In this document: positions 1-14,169 of the stretch, in pieces | How positions within the stretch are numbered: the stretch's first letter is position 1 | Layout of the letters: each line of letters begins with the position of its first letter | From: Octopus bimaculoides | Taxonomy: Eukaryota | NCBI RefSeq assembly: GCF_001194135.2 | Contig: NC_068989.1 | Coordinates: forward strand, 52,093,357 to 52,157,356 | Direction of reading: 5' to 3' | DNA: 64,000 nt | The notes under the pieces: generated by a model | What the model was told of the DNA's origin: nothing | Seen by the model: only the letters and a program-made list of their open reading frames with translations | Database searches by the model: none | Program-made: the position numbers and the translations under genes

Positions 1-1399
1 ATAAAGATTTTGTTGAGCTTGTTGTCAAAATAATCCATGAGTGATTAATTCGATATTTTGCAATTCCGAACGTGACATTCTCTATGTTAATATGCGTGAC
101 ATTTTTTTGCTCTACGACTGCCTAGGTTATAACGGCGGACGTATTTTACCGGTAGTCTCATGTAGCCAGGCAATGACTGGCTGCAATGGAGAGAATATGC
201 ATATATATATATATATATAATCTTGTAAGCTTGTATATGATTTTCTATATTGCGTGAATGTGTATAAAAATGTGTATAATGCATTCACCTCTATTGAGCA
301 TACGGAATTTTGGCATGTATTGGAAATAAAACATTATATTATGCCTTTACAAACGTTTTCTTTAATTATAATAGTTGCATAACATTCGATGAAAAACAAG
401 CTGAAAAAAATGGATAATAGAGTTATTACTCCCTATCATCTTCAATAATTTTCCTCCTTTTACGTTACAGGAGGGTTAACACATTAATGCATTGATGATT
501 TAGTTTTTAATCTAAATTTGCGAAATTGTATCTCAATACTTAATTGGTCAGTGTGGAACATATTAAAGCAATTTACTTAACAAACAAAACACATTGAAAA
601 CTATTTAACTACTACTGATTTATCTGCTTATGCATAAGCATTAGTTTATACCCAAGAAAGTCAATAACTGTAGGATAAACGGAGAATAATATATACGTAT
701 TTGTAGGCTTCTATCTCTTTAGCTGCACCGATTGTCCGTTGGCTATCACAGTGTGAGGTTAGTTATAATTCCTTGCCAATCATTTCAGACAAGGAAAATA
801 TTTATAAAATTTCCTCTATCACTCCATAAGAGTGTGATGTACTGAATCTGTAACTATTTAGCATGCATTGTCAGTCTTTTGAGTCTACAACCGCCAATAT
901 TCCTATACAAATTCTAATAACCCGCAGCGCATTGATCGAGATTGAACTGGCGTGTAGGAGAAAAAAATCTGACATTAATCGTTAATAAAAGCTGTAGGTT
1001 TCATTTAAAACGGTCCTTTTGTGGAAGAATAAAAAAAAAGTGAATTTTGCTAGATTTCTATAAAGAAAAATGTTACATAACATGGAAGAAATATCCAACA
1101 AATGTTTGAGTTTGTAAACAGATTTAACAAATAATGGTTTACAGAACTTGGAACGTATTTCGATTTCAAATACTGACAAAAAAATGTTTTATGTACGCTA
1201 CTAAAACCTCAAGATTAATTTGTAAATCAGCGGAATTTTATATAGTCTGACAAGGTCTTCAGACTTTCATTAGACTGGAAACAGAAAAAGAAAAGTGTAT
1301 GAAAAATTATACGCATTAATATATGCACACGCACGCACCCCCCCCCCCACACACACACACAAACGCACACACAAATATATACATTCATGCATACTACCT

Positions 1400-1904
1400 C
1401 TCTATGCGACATGTTTTGTCGCAAATACAATATACAAAGCCATTCGTTAAAAAGACTGTCGTAGAATAACTATAGAGAATCTTCCTCTTACTGAACACGT
1501 ACACAATAACCAACACAAGGTATATTCGTGGAACATTTCTTTCCTTCAGAACATCTGTCAAGTGTAAGCATAAAAGGCCGGATATTAGATTTTGGGACAA
1601 ACATGAAAAAGAATGTACCGTCATAAAGGTCAACTGTCCTGTTGATGTGAATGTTTCTTTGAAAATCAAAGAAAAGAAAATATTAATGGACAACTGCTTC
1701 GAAACGTCCAGCTTCTATATCTGGATTACAAATTTACGTTTATACCAATAAATATTAGAGCACTTGGTTTTGTAAGTAATTGTCTGTCTGGATAAGATTC
1801 AATTGTCAGAAAACGAAATCAGCCAGCTGATACGCACATTACAAATACAATCTGTAAACCGTGAAGTAAAACCATGCAATACTTGTCGCAAATTTAAAAT
1901 GTGA
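1400..1904 (+). mobile_element. 3' fragment of an R4/Dong-type non-LTR retrotransposon (restriction-like endonuclease domain), frameshifted
   Basis: Hand translation gives RH...KCKHKRPDIRFWDKHEKECTVIKVNCPVDVNVSLKIKEKK, then after shifts GQLLRNVQLLYLDYKFTFIPINIRALGFV and SQLIRTLQIQSV...KFKM* (TGA 1902-1904). This matches the RPD...I.V.CP.D.N...KE.EK..Y pattern of REL endonucleases. A 3' UTR may extend to ~2030. Confidence 0.85.
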
Positions 1905-2029
1905 TGTTGAATCGTTATCTACATTCCAAAGATGAAGATTTGTGTCTTAGTTCGAAACCAGCTCCTCACTCAATTTTAGAAGAGAATGCACGAAATTACA
2001 CGAGCCTATTTGGGATTTCGGAATGAATA

Positions 2030-3483
2030 CACATGTACGTTGCGTTCAATATAGATGTTTCATAGTATTGGAGAACTTTCATACCTTACCATACTTACAA
2101 ATCTATGTTTCAAGAAAGTTTTTGCAAGTACATGCATAAGTATCTTGACATTTATGGGGCTTCCATATGTTTTATACACGAATTGAGCCATGAAGTTGTA
2201 CGTTCATAGAAACATAAAGTGGTAAGCTCCAATGAGCAAAATTCTCGACCCTTGAGAATCTCTGTGCTATATACTGATTAATAGCATTGTTTTCCTGCCT
2301 ATATCACCAGAGGTAGGGCCGCAGAAGTACACGCACACATTCGTGCACACGCACCTCTACCCGCCCCACACATGATATTTTATTTAATACGGAATTCTTT
2401 TCACCACAACTAGACTTCTACATCGCTGGGATCTTCCTGAGGTTTGTATTTTGAATGTTCCGAGCAAGTTTAAAATTAAGCACCTATATTCTAGGGTTAT
2501 TGTTTTCACTGATTTCTTAGTCAATAATATTTTATAAAATAAGCATCATATTAATGCTTTGGGTTAATTCATTGATTGTCTACACACTCTTAGCTAATTG
2601 CAATATAATATTTGTTGTCTCAATGTAGTATTTAAATAGAAATCATGTGCAGCTAGTGTGTACAGTCCTTGGGCTGTTTAGGCACAGCAGTATAGACATT
2701 GGTTCATAGATATTGGTACCAAGGAAGAATACATTATAAGCTATAAATTTGTGTAGAGGATATTATAAATGTATATATATGTTTCCGTACTATATTTCAT
2801 AAACGTTTTTGTGGAGAAATCTAGGAGCTGTTCACAAATATATTCCATAGAATTGTTGGAAAGCTATAAGAGATTCGGCGCTGTATATCTCAAAAAATAA
2901 GTAAATTATACGTAAATATAAACCAAATATATTTTTCCTTTGATTTGGTTTTGCAGTAAGTTGTTTTGTAGCAATTTGCCTGGATTTAATTTGAAGCGTT
3001 GCTACTTTGAGTTTCAAGGAATGTGTATAGCTAGATATAAAGCGTGTGTGTTTAGTGAAGCGAAGCAGTTTTCAAGCTATACTGAATAATGTATTGTTGG
3101 TTGAAACTCAAGATATATTTTGAAATTGTTGTGGAGTTCGAAACTACAGCATTGTAAAATAATCGCGTATAGTTTGACTATCTAAGTTTGAACTACTACT
3201 GATTGATAAGATTTCATGATGATAGTGGCATTTGCGTCATATGGTATGCAAGCTTACATCAAGCAGTTGCAGGTGTAGGAAAGATATTTGAAATGGTTAG
3301 GTGAATCAATAATAGTTTTATTTTTTTCATTCTTAAGCAGATTAGCAGCAGTGTTTGGGTTAAATTGGGAATGGTAAATACAAAGATATCACGTTTATAA
3401 AAAAATTATACAAATAAATATCTATACATATACAAACGCGTATGTACCCGCACCCACAGTCACAGACACATACACACAGACTC

Positions 3484-3544
<61 letters not shown>

Positions 3545-4660
3545 TGTGTTCAGCGAAGGGTGATTTTTTTGTAAGCTAATGTGAGTTATATCAATATTAC
3601 TAGGTTCATCTAAATTATTAGACACCAGCTGTTATTTTCCTTTTGCATTTTATTATTTTCTTAAAAATACTGCTAAGCAAAACGTATCAAAATATAAATG
3701 AATCTTTGAATTCTTGGTTATTAGTTGGGAAAATGCATCGTTTCAGATATATATCCTCTTAACTTAGATATTAATAAAAATCTGATATGGCTTGATATGC
3801 CATATTTGTAGTTTACTATTTCTTTAATGCAGATTCAGCGGCATTGGCGTGTTTGAAAATCAGTTGTAGGAAGTTAGCGGCAACCAGTTTGATAGGTACC
3901 TTATTTGGTAGACCAACGTTCATTAGTAACGCAATAAATTCTTTCTAATTCTGTAAGTTAAGTAATGTTAGAATTCTTTGTTCATAATAGCCTGTTATCT
4001 CATGCATGACATAGGTTTTCATGTGAGAAATTGTACTATTTACTCGTGCAGATCCGGAGCCATAACGTCTGCAACGGAAGTCTTGGACTCAAGTTCTATG
4101 ATCCGATAGTTCAATGGAGAATGTATTTGTCCAGAAGGATCAGTTATAATATATGATGGGTATTCTGAATACAATGCAATTTATATTTTCTTATCTAATA
4201 TACAATAGGTTTACGATATTACGGTCTATGAGGTTCAATGATAGCAGACTATAATAAACTTTGATACCAAATTGTAAGAATATGGGATTAGATTTACATT
4301 GGTAAATTGGGAGCCAGTTAATTTCAGCTGGTGCATTTGTTCTAACTGTACATGATGTACATTCTCATAAAATCAAATCTTATGTTTGCACATAATATGG
4401 GATTAAATTCTAATACAACAGCTAACATGTTATTCGTGATATTTGATTCTATAATATGGATGCTTCGCTACAATTATATTATATATATTGAGGCTAGAAG
4501 AGTCCTAAGACATTAACATTATTCAGTGATTGCAACTGTGATTTCAATCATTACGTCAAATTTGGATATAAGATTTAGTCATGATTTTGTCCAATCAATA
4601 TTATTAAGTTTATGAGTGTGTTCAGATATTACGCCTTGAATTCTTATTGTCACTCATTTT
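2030..4660 (-). pseudogene. Unassigned decayed coding-like region (possible endogenous viral element or unknown transposon ORF)
   Basis: Successive stop-poor minus-strand frames; the best is 4360->3815 with 4 stops in ~180 codons. Interrupted by microsatellites near 3420-3545 and 2325-2375. No family motif identified with certainty. Confidence 0.3.
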
Positions 4661-4810
4661 TTACTGAAGACTTTGTTGAGAACATCTCTGTATTATGCTT
4701 AATAAAATAATAAGACATATAAGCTTTTCAAATATGCTCAGTAGTCTTTTCACGAGGTCGGATGTTGCATTTCAATACAGGTATATGTGTAGTTGTATGT
4801 ATGTATATAT

Positions 4811-4866
4811 AGGCGCCGATTTACCTGCTTTTTAACCACATCGTTCCGGGTTCAGTCCAACTACAT
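4811..4866 (+). mobile_element. Truncated head of the tRNA-derived SINE
   Basis: aaccacatcgttccgggttcagtcca resembles aaccacagggttctgggttcagtccca in the full copy at 4934. Confidence 0.6.
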
Positions 4867-4933
4867 ACATGCAACTTCTTACAAAAATAGGGATTAATGC
4901 AAATTTCTTTTCTATGTTCATACTTTTTTGTTT

Positions 4934-5345
4934 AGGAGTGGCTGTGTGGCAAGTATCTTGCTTACCAACCACAGGGTTCTGGGTTCAGTCCCACAGCGTG
5001 GCACCTTGGGCAAGTGTCTTCTCCTATAACCTCGGGCCGACCAAAGCCTTGTGAGTGGATTTGGTATAAGGAAACTGAAAGAAGCCCGTCGTATATATGT
5101 ATATATATATATATATATGTATGTGTGCATATGTTTGTGTGTCTGTGTTTGTCCCCCACCATCGCTTGACAACCGATGCTGGTATGTTTACGTCCCCGTA
5201 ACTTAGCGGGTCGGCAAAAGAGACGATAGCATAAGTACTAGGCTTACAAAGAATAAGTCCCGGGGTCGGTTTATTCGACTAAAAGGTGGTGCTCCAGCAT
5301 GGCCACAGTCAAATGACTGAAAAAAGTTAAACAGTAAAAAGAGAG
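4934..5345 (+). mobile_element. Near full-length tRNA-derived SINE (Octopus-type) with internal (TA)n/(TG)n
   Basis: Pol III A-box-like (gtggctgtgtgg) and B-box-like (ggttcagtcc) head, central cttgacaaccgatgctgg...tttacgtccccgtaacttagcgg domain, and 3' gtggtgctccagcatggccacagtc tail. A second partial copy lies at 23731-23822. Confidence 0.9.
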
Positions 5346-5374
5346 GGAGTAAAGAGAGAATATTCAAAACAATA

Positions 5375-6308
5375 TTCCACCAAAGAAAAGACGTAATCTC
5401 TCCAGAAACAATTATAAAGCAAGGAAGATTGTAAAAAACTGAGGGCGAAAGCCTACGAGATGAGATTTTCTCAAGATAATCAAATGCATGTTGCAGCACT
5501 TAATACTGGATCATTAAATTAATGTTTTAATGATTAGACAAATATCCAATAGAATAGCTCTCAGAAACAGACAGACTACGTACAAGTTCGTTCTTCACAA
5601 TTCCTGAAGCTATTTTCAGATATGATCCATCCCATTCTTATAAAAATGATAATTTTATCCAAATTGCTGTGCTAAACACAAATTGTCGTTTCTTTAGAGG
5701 TTTAACATTTTCAACTGAAATAAATGGTATGTGCTGCTCAGGCGGTCAGGTAACATTGCCATCACCACCAGCTCCTCTCAACCTCTTATGAATATTTTAG
5801 AAGGCACTTCCATCTAGTGAATGTATTTTCTGAACAATATCAGACAATACTACTCTGCATTTCAAATGACATCGCTTACTGCATCTAAGAAGATAGTTAA
5901 ACATGAATTTACGCCGACGTTCAAGGACAAGTCTATCACCTCATCGGTTACTTGTTACCCACAAATTTACTTTATGAGTGATGTGTCAAGGAGGTGTCAA
6001 AATTTCAGATGAAGGGTCATGTTAGACACAGTGCCGACTGCTACAAAAGAAAGTATATTCACTGACATCTTTTCGGTGCGATCAAAAATAAGATAACCCT
6101 ACCCCCAATTTTCCATGACAGGTTAGGGCCTAATATGCTCCAAACAGACGCATAGCATGTTGCTTAGTCGACTTATCCCTTCATTTACTCCACAAATGTT
6201 TTGTTGTCAATGCTGCACTTTCCCATATCACCTGTTTCAACATAACTGTAATATATTACATACAAAATATGCCATTATAATCCCGAGTAACACTAGGTAT
6301 CTCTGCTA

Positions 6309-6309
<1 letters not shown>
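5375..6309 (+). mobile_element. Internally deleted Helitron: N-terminal RepHel remnant plus 3' terminus
   Basis: PPKKRRNLSR; AIFRYDPSHSYKND; GMCCSGGQVTL; YFLNNIRQYYSAFQMTS...FTPTFK / GQVYHLIGYLLP / QIYFM are typical of the Helitron N-terminal region. It ends with an imperfect hairpin (ccgagtaacactagg) and CTAG at 6306-6309, followed by T. Confidence 0.85.
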
Positions 6310-6361
<52 letters not shown>

Positions 6362-6378
6362 CAAGTATGTATATATAT
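6310..6378. repeat. (TA)n microsatellite
   Basis: Direct inspection; it immediately follows the Helitron 3' CTAG. Confidence 0.95.
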
Positions 6379-8234
6379 CATTCTTCAATCCAAGGGAGAA
6401 ACAACTTCCTTCAGAGGGATGTAAACATCCAATTTGCACTGCTTGTTCAGTTAAATACGACAATATAGAATTTTTAAAAAAATCAGAACTTGTACTTCGA
6501 ATTTCTATTTAAGTAGGGGACAGCACAGAAACATATGTAGTTCTTTTTGGAAATTCTTTTTTACAATTTATAATCAATATATTTGTATTGTAATGTTTTC
6601 AAAATAAATTTTTCAACATTTGTATCATACAAATAAATTTTTCATATATCCAATTCTCTATGTTTCTTTTCCTTCAATATCAGTGGTATATACAATTACA
6701 ATAATCCTTAACAAGTACTAGTGACTTTCGCATTATATGATAGAGATTAGGCAGTGGAATTTCTTGAATTAAATAGTCCCTCATGAGCTTGTAAGTCTCA
6801 TGAATTGACTATATGTACAAATAATGGTATGTATAATATGTAAGTATAGGTTCTATTACAGTGCACTTACGCCAATGACATGGATCCATGCGTTAAAGTT
6901 AACCGATGGAACAATGAAAGAGGACAATGCAGAAGTAAAGAAGCTTTAATAAGAAGAAATTACTTAACAAAAACTTACGAGAAATATTTCTTTTAGGCAG
7001 GATGTTATTGGTGAAACATTACAAAGGGAAGGAAAACAAAATTAAACAGAGCTGCGTTATAAAAGGACGGTACATGTATAATAGAAAAAAGGGTTGAAAT
7101 AGGCATTATTTCTATCTAGGTAACGCCCTCCATTCTTATGTAGAACAACATTTTTTTCTTTAAAACGTATACACACCATTACTTTCGTCGTCTTTATTCA
7201 ATGTGTCTATGCATTATTAATTCCAGGTAAGCAAGCCTAAACACACAACATACAATATTTACTTTGCTGTTTTCAATATAGGAAGATATGTGACCGAGCC
7301 AGTATCTCTATGGGTAGCCGAGCTCTCACTGACACTCTCTCAACTAATCTAGCATAGAGTGCAGTTGCACACAACGCCATAAGGGGAAAAAAACTTGTTC
7401 CCGGGGTGAAAACCCAGCACATTATTCCTTTGACATTCTAGTGCGCTAGACTTTTACNNNNNNNNNNNNNNNNNNNNNNNNNNNNNNNNNNNNNNNNNNN
7501 NNNNNNNNNNNNNNNNNNNNNNNNNNNNNNNNNNNNNNNNNNNNNNNNNNNNNNNNNNNNNNNNNNNNNNNNNNNNNNNNNNNNNNNNNNNNNNNNNNNN
7601 NNNNNNNNNNNNNNNNNNNNNNNNNNNNNNNNNNNNNNNNNNNNNNNNNNNNNNNNNNNNNNNNNNNNNNNNNNNNNNNNNNNNNNNNNNNNNNNNNNNN
7701 NNNNNNNNNNNNNNNNNNNNNNNNNNNNNNNNNNNNNNNNNNNNNNNNNNNNNNNNNNNNNNNNNNNNNNNNNNNNNNNNNNNNNNNNNNNNNNNNNNNN
7801 NNNNNAGAGAGGGAGGGAAGAGTGTGAGAGAGTGAGTGAGAGAGAGAGAGAGAGTGAAAGCGATAATATGTATGTGTTTACTTGTGTTCTCTTGTGTGAC
7901 AGTTTCTCAGCTGTAAAGCTCATTTAAATCAATGACATTTTCCTTGGCTAGTGATATGTTTTGATGTTCAATTAATCTACAGCGTAATCCATATTTAACC
8001 TTGGACAAACAATTAAGTTTTGCACGTAATGAGGAAGAACAAAACTTTTTCCTAATTTCAATTGTAGACACAAAAACAAGACCGACCTCATTTTGGTGAA
8101 TTATTAATAAAGAATTTCTTTCTCATCAGCATTCTGTAGGAATTTCTATTTTGTACAATAATTCATATTATTGATTCTTTTGTTGAATATATTGTTGTGT
8201 GGGAATAATTAGTTTTCGAAAAATCCGAAGGTGA

Positions 8235-8310
8235 TTAAGTGTGCAGGTCCATTGCTGGTTGAAAGTCTAGTCAAGTTGCTTACGCACCTGTGATAGGGAG
8301 GAAGAAATAT
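8235..8310 (+). mobile_element. Possible tiny RTE-type RT remnant
   Basis: CAGPLLVESLVKLLTHL**GGRNI resembles the GG..L...L..L...IW..G..P segment that precedes RT domain 1. Confidence 0.3.
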
Positions 8311-8765
8311 CTTTCACATGAATTGTGTACACCCGCTTGGAAGTGGAAAATGCACAGCCATGACCAACGTCTAAAAACACCGGTAATACGAATACAAAGG
8401 GAAGATAAAGATGTCATATCTTCCAGCCATACAGTGAATTGTGCATGTACATAAGCCATATACTCGCACATGATCATTAATGAATGAAACACTTGATTTT
8501 GAAAGTAACCAGCATACCTTCGTCATAAGAATAAGGTTAAGGACAAGGATATACACGCACACACACACATACAGACAATCACGTGTGCGCGCAAATGCAC
8601 ACTTCTGCACACACAAATTCACCGGCCGTCACATGTATAGACAAAACTCAAGAACTGTATTCCTATAATCGTAGACGTCTACCATTTTGTTAATTAAAAT
8701 TAAAATTAAACCCAAAGAAAATCATCTATATACGCTACCTGCACGTATACTTACACTCCTATTTC

Positions 8766-8796
<31 letters not shown>

Positions 8797-11353
8797 TGTA
8801 TGTATGTATGTATATATATATATATATATACGAAGACACATCCCTACATACTTTTTTTTACATATATTCATAAACACATGCATTGCAACATGCATAGTCT
8901 CATACATACTTAGGCCATGTATGTTTTAGAGGACAAGCGACTTCTTCAAATCTATGAGCAATAATACTGAAATAATGTTGAACTCGTCATAGCATAGCGA
9001 ACTTCTCAACCATTATCTTTGTTAAAGTGTGTATGTAGGATTGGATTCATATATGTAACACCTGTATTTATATATTTCTGCAGATATTATTTGGTGTTTT
9101 AGCGTGATCGTATTAGATGGCGTGTGTGATTGTGAGGGTGATAGCATATGTGCGCATGCAAATGCATAAATGAATATCAGCATGTAGATTATGAATAAAT
9201 CTGACAACTTTTTTCTTTTTAATATGTTCGCTCACTTTCTTTAGTGTCTATTTTATTTTAATGTATTCTTTCTTGCATATGATATGTCAGATGTTTTAGA
9301 AAGGCTTTGTAGTTCTTTTTTCCGACAAAATACTATATTTATACTAACGATATATTCTCCGAAAGTATATTTTCCCCAAATATGAAGTGAATATTCAAAT
9401 TCATTTCCGAAATAATGATAATCGTGATATGATATTTAAAATATATGGCATTGTAAAGAATATATAATATGAATAATTTTATTGGAAACATATAATTTAA
9501 ATGATAAATTATGTTTTTTTTAAAAAAGAATTAGTGTTTTGTCAAAGGACACGTAGAAGATAAAACGATTAATCTTAAACATAAGACGGTTTCCTTTGAG
9601 GTATATTATTAATTTAAAATTAAATTAAATATTCTAAACTCTTTTATCTTATCTATGAAATAAACATATTATATGCATTTTTTTATCGTTATTCTGTTTT
9701 TGAAATTATATTTTCCTCTAACTTGTTATCATCGTCAAGATCATCAATTATCTGTTCAATCAAATATAGTTGATAGATTTCTTTTAAAATTATCATATAT
9801 AGCTTTCGGCTGTTCGTTTAAAGCTTGCAAAAAATGTTAAAATAGATGAAAAACAATTCTATGAATCGATGAAATGAATAAGTAAACTTATATTTCTTTG
9901 TCTATTAATAACATTGAATAGAAATCGCATCAGAAGAAACATTTAGGATTGTCAATGCAAAATTTTTTATTAAAGTTTTTGCTTGGAGAGTAAAATTTCA
10001 TATAATGCTCGAAGTGTCATATATGGAATATAAATGCTACTAACATTATAAAAAGAAACAAAAATGAAAAATAAATAATACAGTAGTGATAGATTATATT
10101 TATAGAGATGTCCCATAGGGCTTATAGCTATATTTCTTAAATATAAAATTTACGTTAAAATTATCAATATAAACATTCACGCGTCTTCATACTGATAACA
10201 TCTCATACGCATGCAATGATAAATGTTAATAGCTACACACATGGACGTTCATATATAAAACTGTAATAGTGGTAAGAATATGAGATCGTGGGGTGAGTTT
10301 TGTGATTGCCTGTATGTACGTATGTATGTATAGGTTTATATGAATGTGTATATGTATGTATTTAATTATGATTGCTTGTCATGTATGTGTATATGCATAT
10401 GTGAATTACCTTGTACAATTTCACTCAGGTTCTTAGATATATTTTATTACCTGACTTCCTTTTTCAAGTTTAGAAGAAATTAAAATTTCATATAGCTTTA
10501 GAGTAACTTTTTAGTTTATTCAATTCTAATTTGAAATGATCAAAAATAACTCTAAACTATATGAACAAAAATACATAGTTTATCATTGTTCAATATCCAT
10601 GGACACATACACACGCGTACACATACACACATACGTACATGAACTCATAAACTTACATATACGTTGCCGTTTCCCACTATTTTTCTCAGCTCCTCCTACC
10701 ACTCGTTTTCTCATCACTTCTTGGGATTTGATACACTCCAAATCTTTATGGTGTTTAAATTGTCAACATGATATTTGTTTTTACATTTATTAGATATTTT
10801 CTACTCGAAGATGAATAACGATATAATTCAGCAAAAACAAAAACAAAAAATGCCTGAGAAACAAGAAGGGGAAGAAAATTAATAAACAGAGACTGGGAGA
10901 TAGAGAAGGTAACAGACACAATGGAAAAACTGACAAAACGGCCGGCAGATAGGCAATTATAGACAGACAAAGCAAAAGATTGAGAACTAAATTTACAGGC
11001 AAATATATGCAGAATGAGAGAGAAAGAGACACAGAGAGGGAACAAAGAGAGAAGGTTGCGGAGAGAATAACTTTAGAAGATAGAAAAGCGAGATGAAATG
11101 CGAGAAATATATTTAGATTTTTAGAATGTTATTTACTATATTAATAACAGTTTTGTTAAATACCGATATGATAAAAACCTATTTTGAATAACGGATTGAA
11201 TCAATTATATGTTGGATTGGGAACTATTTCTATCCAAATGTTCCAAAAGATGAGATTTTCAAATGAATTGATAAATCTATTAATAAATATACAGAATTCA
11301 ATAAGTAGTAAACATGAGACAAAGTGAAATTTTGAAATTAGTTGTAGCTGAAG

Positions 11354-11399
<46 letters not shown>

Positions 11400-11972
11400 N
11401 NNNNNNNNNNNNNNNNNNNNNNNNNNNNNNNNNNNNNNNNNNNNNNNNNNNNNNNNNNNNNNNNNNNNNNNNNNNNNNNNNNNNNNNNNNNNNNNNNNNN
11501 NNNNNNNNNNNNNNNNNNNNNNNNNNNNNNNNNNNNNNNNNNNNNNNNNNNNNNNNNNNNNNNNNNNNNNNNNNNNNNNNNNNNNNNNNNNNNNNNNNNN
11601 NNNNNNNNNNNNNNNNNNNNNNNNNNNNNNNNNNNNNNNNNNNNNNNNNNNNNNNNNNNNNNNNNNNNNNNNNNNNNNNNNNNNNNNNNNNNNNNNNNNN
11701 NNNNNNNNNNNNNNNNNNNNNNNNNNNNNNNNNNNNNNNNNNNNNNNNNNNNNNNNNNNNNNNNNNNNNNNNNNNNNNNNNNNNNNNNNNNNNNNNNNNN
11801 NNNNNNNNNNNNNNNNNNNNNNNCATGTATGTATGTTATCAATCAGTTTCATTTCTGTATTTCTTGTCAATAGAGCCGGACTCTAGCATAGATTCAAGGC
11901 TCCTTCATTGGAACTTTTATCAACATCATCTAGGTATTTGTGCATTTGTGTGTGCAGTATTTGGTGTTAGTG

Positions 11973-12130
11973 TATGCGCAGATTTCTATGTTTGTTTTAT
12001 GGATGTGTTTTTATGTATATATTTTCATGTCTAGGCGTATGCATATGTATTTATGCGCAGATTTGTATGTTTGTTTTATGGATACGTTTTTATGTATATA
12101 TTTTCATGTCTAGATGCATGCATATGTATT
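11973..12130. repeat. 79-bp tandem duplication (2 copies)
   Basis: tatgcgcagattt...ttttcatgtctag...gcatatgtatt starts at 11973 and again at 12052, with few substitutions. Confidence 0.9.
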
Positions 12131-12695
12131 CACGTGCTAAATTTTTGGAAAGTTTTACATATCTTCACAGTTCCATTGATGGGTTGAATCTGTAGTCTTC
12201 TATGTATGTATGTATGTATGTATGTATGTATCTATGAATGCATGTATGTATAGATATATATATATAGAGAGAGAGAGAAAGAGAGAGACGGTGATCATAT
12301 CTATATATCATATGTATATATCATAACTAGACTTCTGCTTTCTGCAAGAATCGAACACACAACACACTCATGTTGAGAAAGCAATATTTTTCGAAACTCG
12401 GCAGTAGATTTAGATATTCACAAAACAAACCGATGGAAAAAAGAAGAGATCTGAATTGAAAAAGCTCATTTAAGAACTCCTTCAAAGAAATAAAACCTAT
12501 GAACAACCAAAGTCTACAAATGTTTCAGCAAAAATATGTCCATACACGAGTAAAGATTTTCAAACGCTGCTCTTAGAATTTGTCACAGTTTCGGCTAATA
12601 GTTAAGACCTTTGTTATCTCTCACTGCATGTATACATGTGTGTGAATATGCGTATACAACTATCTATCAACTGATCTATCTATCTAACTATCTAT

Positions 12696-12727
<32 letters not shown>

Positions 12728-12766
12728 ATATCTGTCTGTCTATCCATTTATCACTCTCTCTCTATC

Positions 12767-12823
<57 letters not shown>

Positions 12824-13223
12824 TGGGTGTCTGTGTGTGTGTATGTATGTATCTATGTATGTATATATGCATGCGTATATATAGCGCGCCAAAACTAAGA
12901 CTTTTCAATTTTACTCTTTATATTTAATAGAATCCTGTGCACATGTTTTCATTTGTTGGAGACAACTAGCACGATATTCTGTTGGATTATAATCGTTATG
13001 GCAGTCTGTACTAAGGAAAAACAGATAATTTCATTTAGAAAGTGTTGATTTAGAAACCATGGTCTACAGATAACCGAGGTATTTATAATTTTCACTAGTC
13101 TCGCCTGCCTGTTATTGCTCCGCTGAATTTTCTTTGAGAATTTTTAAGTGACCTTCTTCTAGCACATTATCAATCCACTTAGTGGTCTCTTTTATACACA
13201 CACACACACACATACACACACAT

Positions 13224-13267
<44 letters not shown>

Positions 13268-14169
13268 TAAGTATCTATCTAATTCATTATGTGTTCGTAA
13301 GTAACAATTTACAGGCAATAGATTAATGAATCAGTAGTAAAAGCCTTGCAGGCTTAGAGGAATATTGAAGAGAAGGAATATAATTATGAAAACCGTTGTA
13401 TGGTTTGAAGTTACCAAAGCCATTATTTCCCAACGTTAATTACATCTGATGCATTTGACCAATTCCCATATAAAGCTAGAAATCTTTCTAAAGACTTCAT
13501 TTCATCTTGAGAATGGAATATAGGAAGCACTGTAATTTTAATTACTGACATGCTTTGAAAGTTTTCTCTGTTATAAATTTCCTTGCATGAAAATTAAATC
13601 TAATTTCTATAAATCCAATTTCTTTTATCAAAAACCTTACCTATCTCGCTCGATAAACTTCTACAACTTCACGCACATAGGTAATTAGAAATTTCCCATA
13701 TCAGTATCACATACAAAATATACACGTTTTCATATCGACACTAATTATAATTTAAGAATGATTTTTTTTTTAATTTGCAATTAGTTCGAGGAAAACAAAA
13801 GCCTGCTGTCATTATTTGTGTAATAGTGTATAATGTTGGAGATTATGATGAAATTTCGTATTGCTATAATGCAGGCTGAGAGGGAAAACAAATAATCACG
13901 TATTCGCTCGTTTCACAAAGCTTCTTTTTCTAACAATACTCTATCAGCAATTTATTATCAATGTATGGAGTTTACTGTTACTTTTTGGCAAGTAATGCGT
14001 GTGTAACTAGTTATTACAATTGACTAATCCTCACAGTATGGGGCAAAGATTCGAGCGAACGTTTTCCACCTGTGTCAAAGTCATCTAGTCTTATGAAGTT
14101 GTGTATCTAGGTCACATTATTTTGTCTTAGGAATTTAGAAAAAAAAGACTGGATATGTTTTGTTGGAGA

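Noticed and set aside
2380-4660. NUMT as an explanation for the A/C-rich minus strand
   Set aside because: Translations show no mitochondrial protein motifs, and TAA/TAG stops persist under the invertebrate mitochondrial code.
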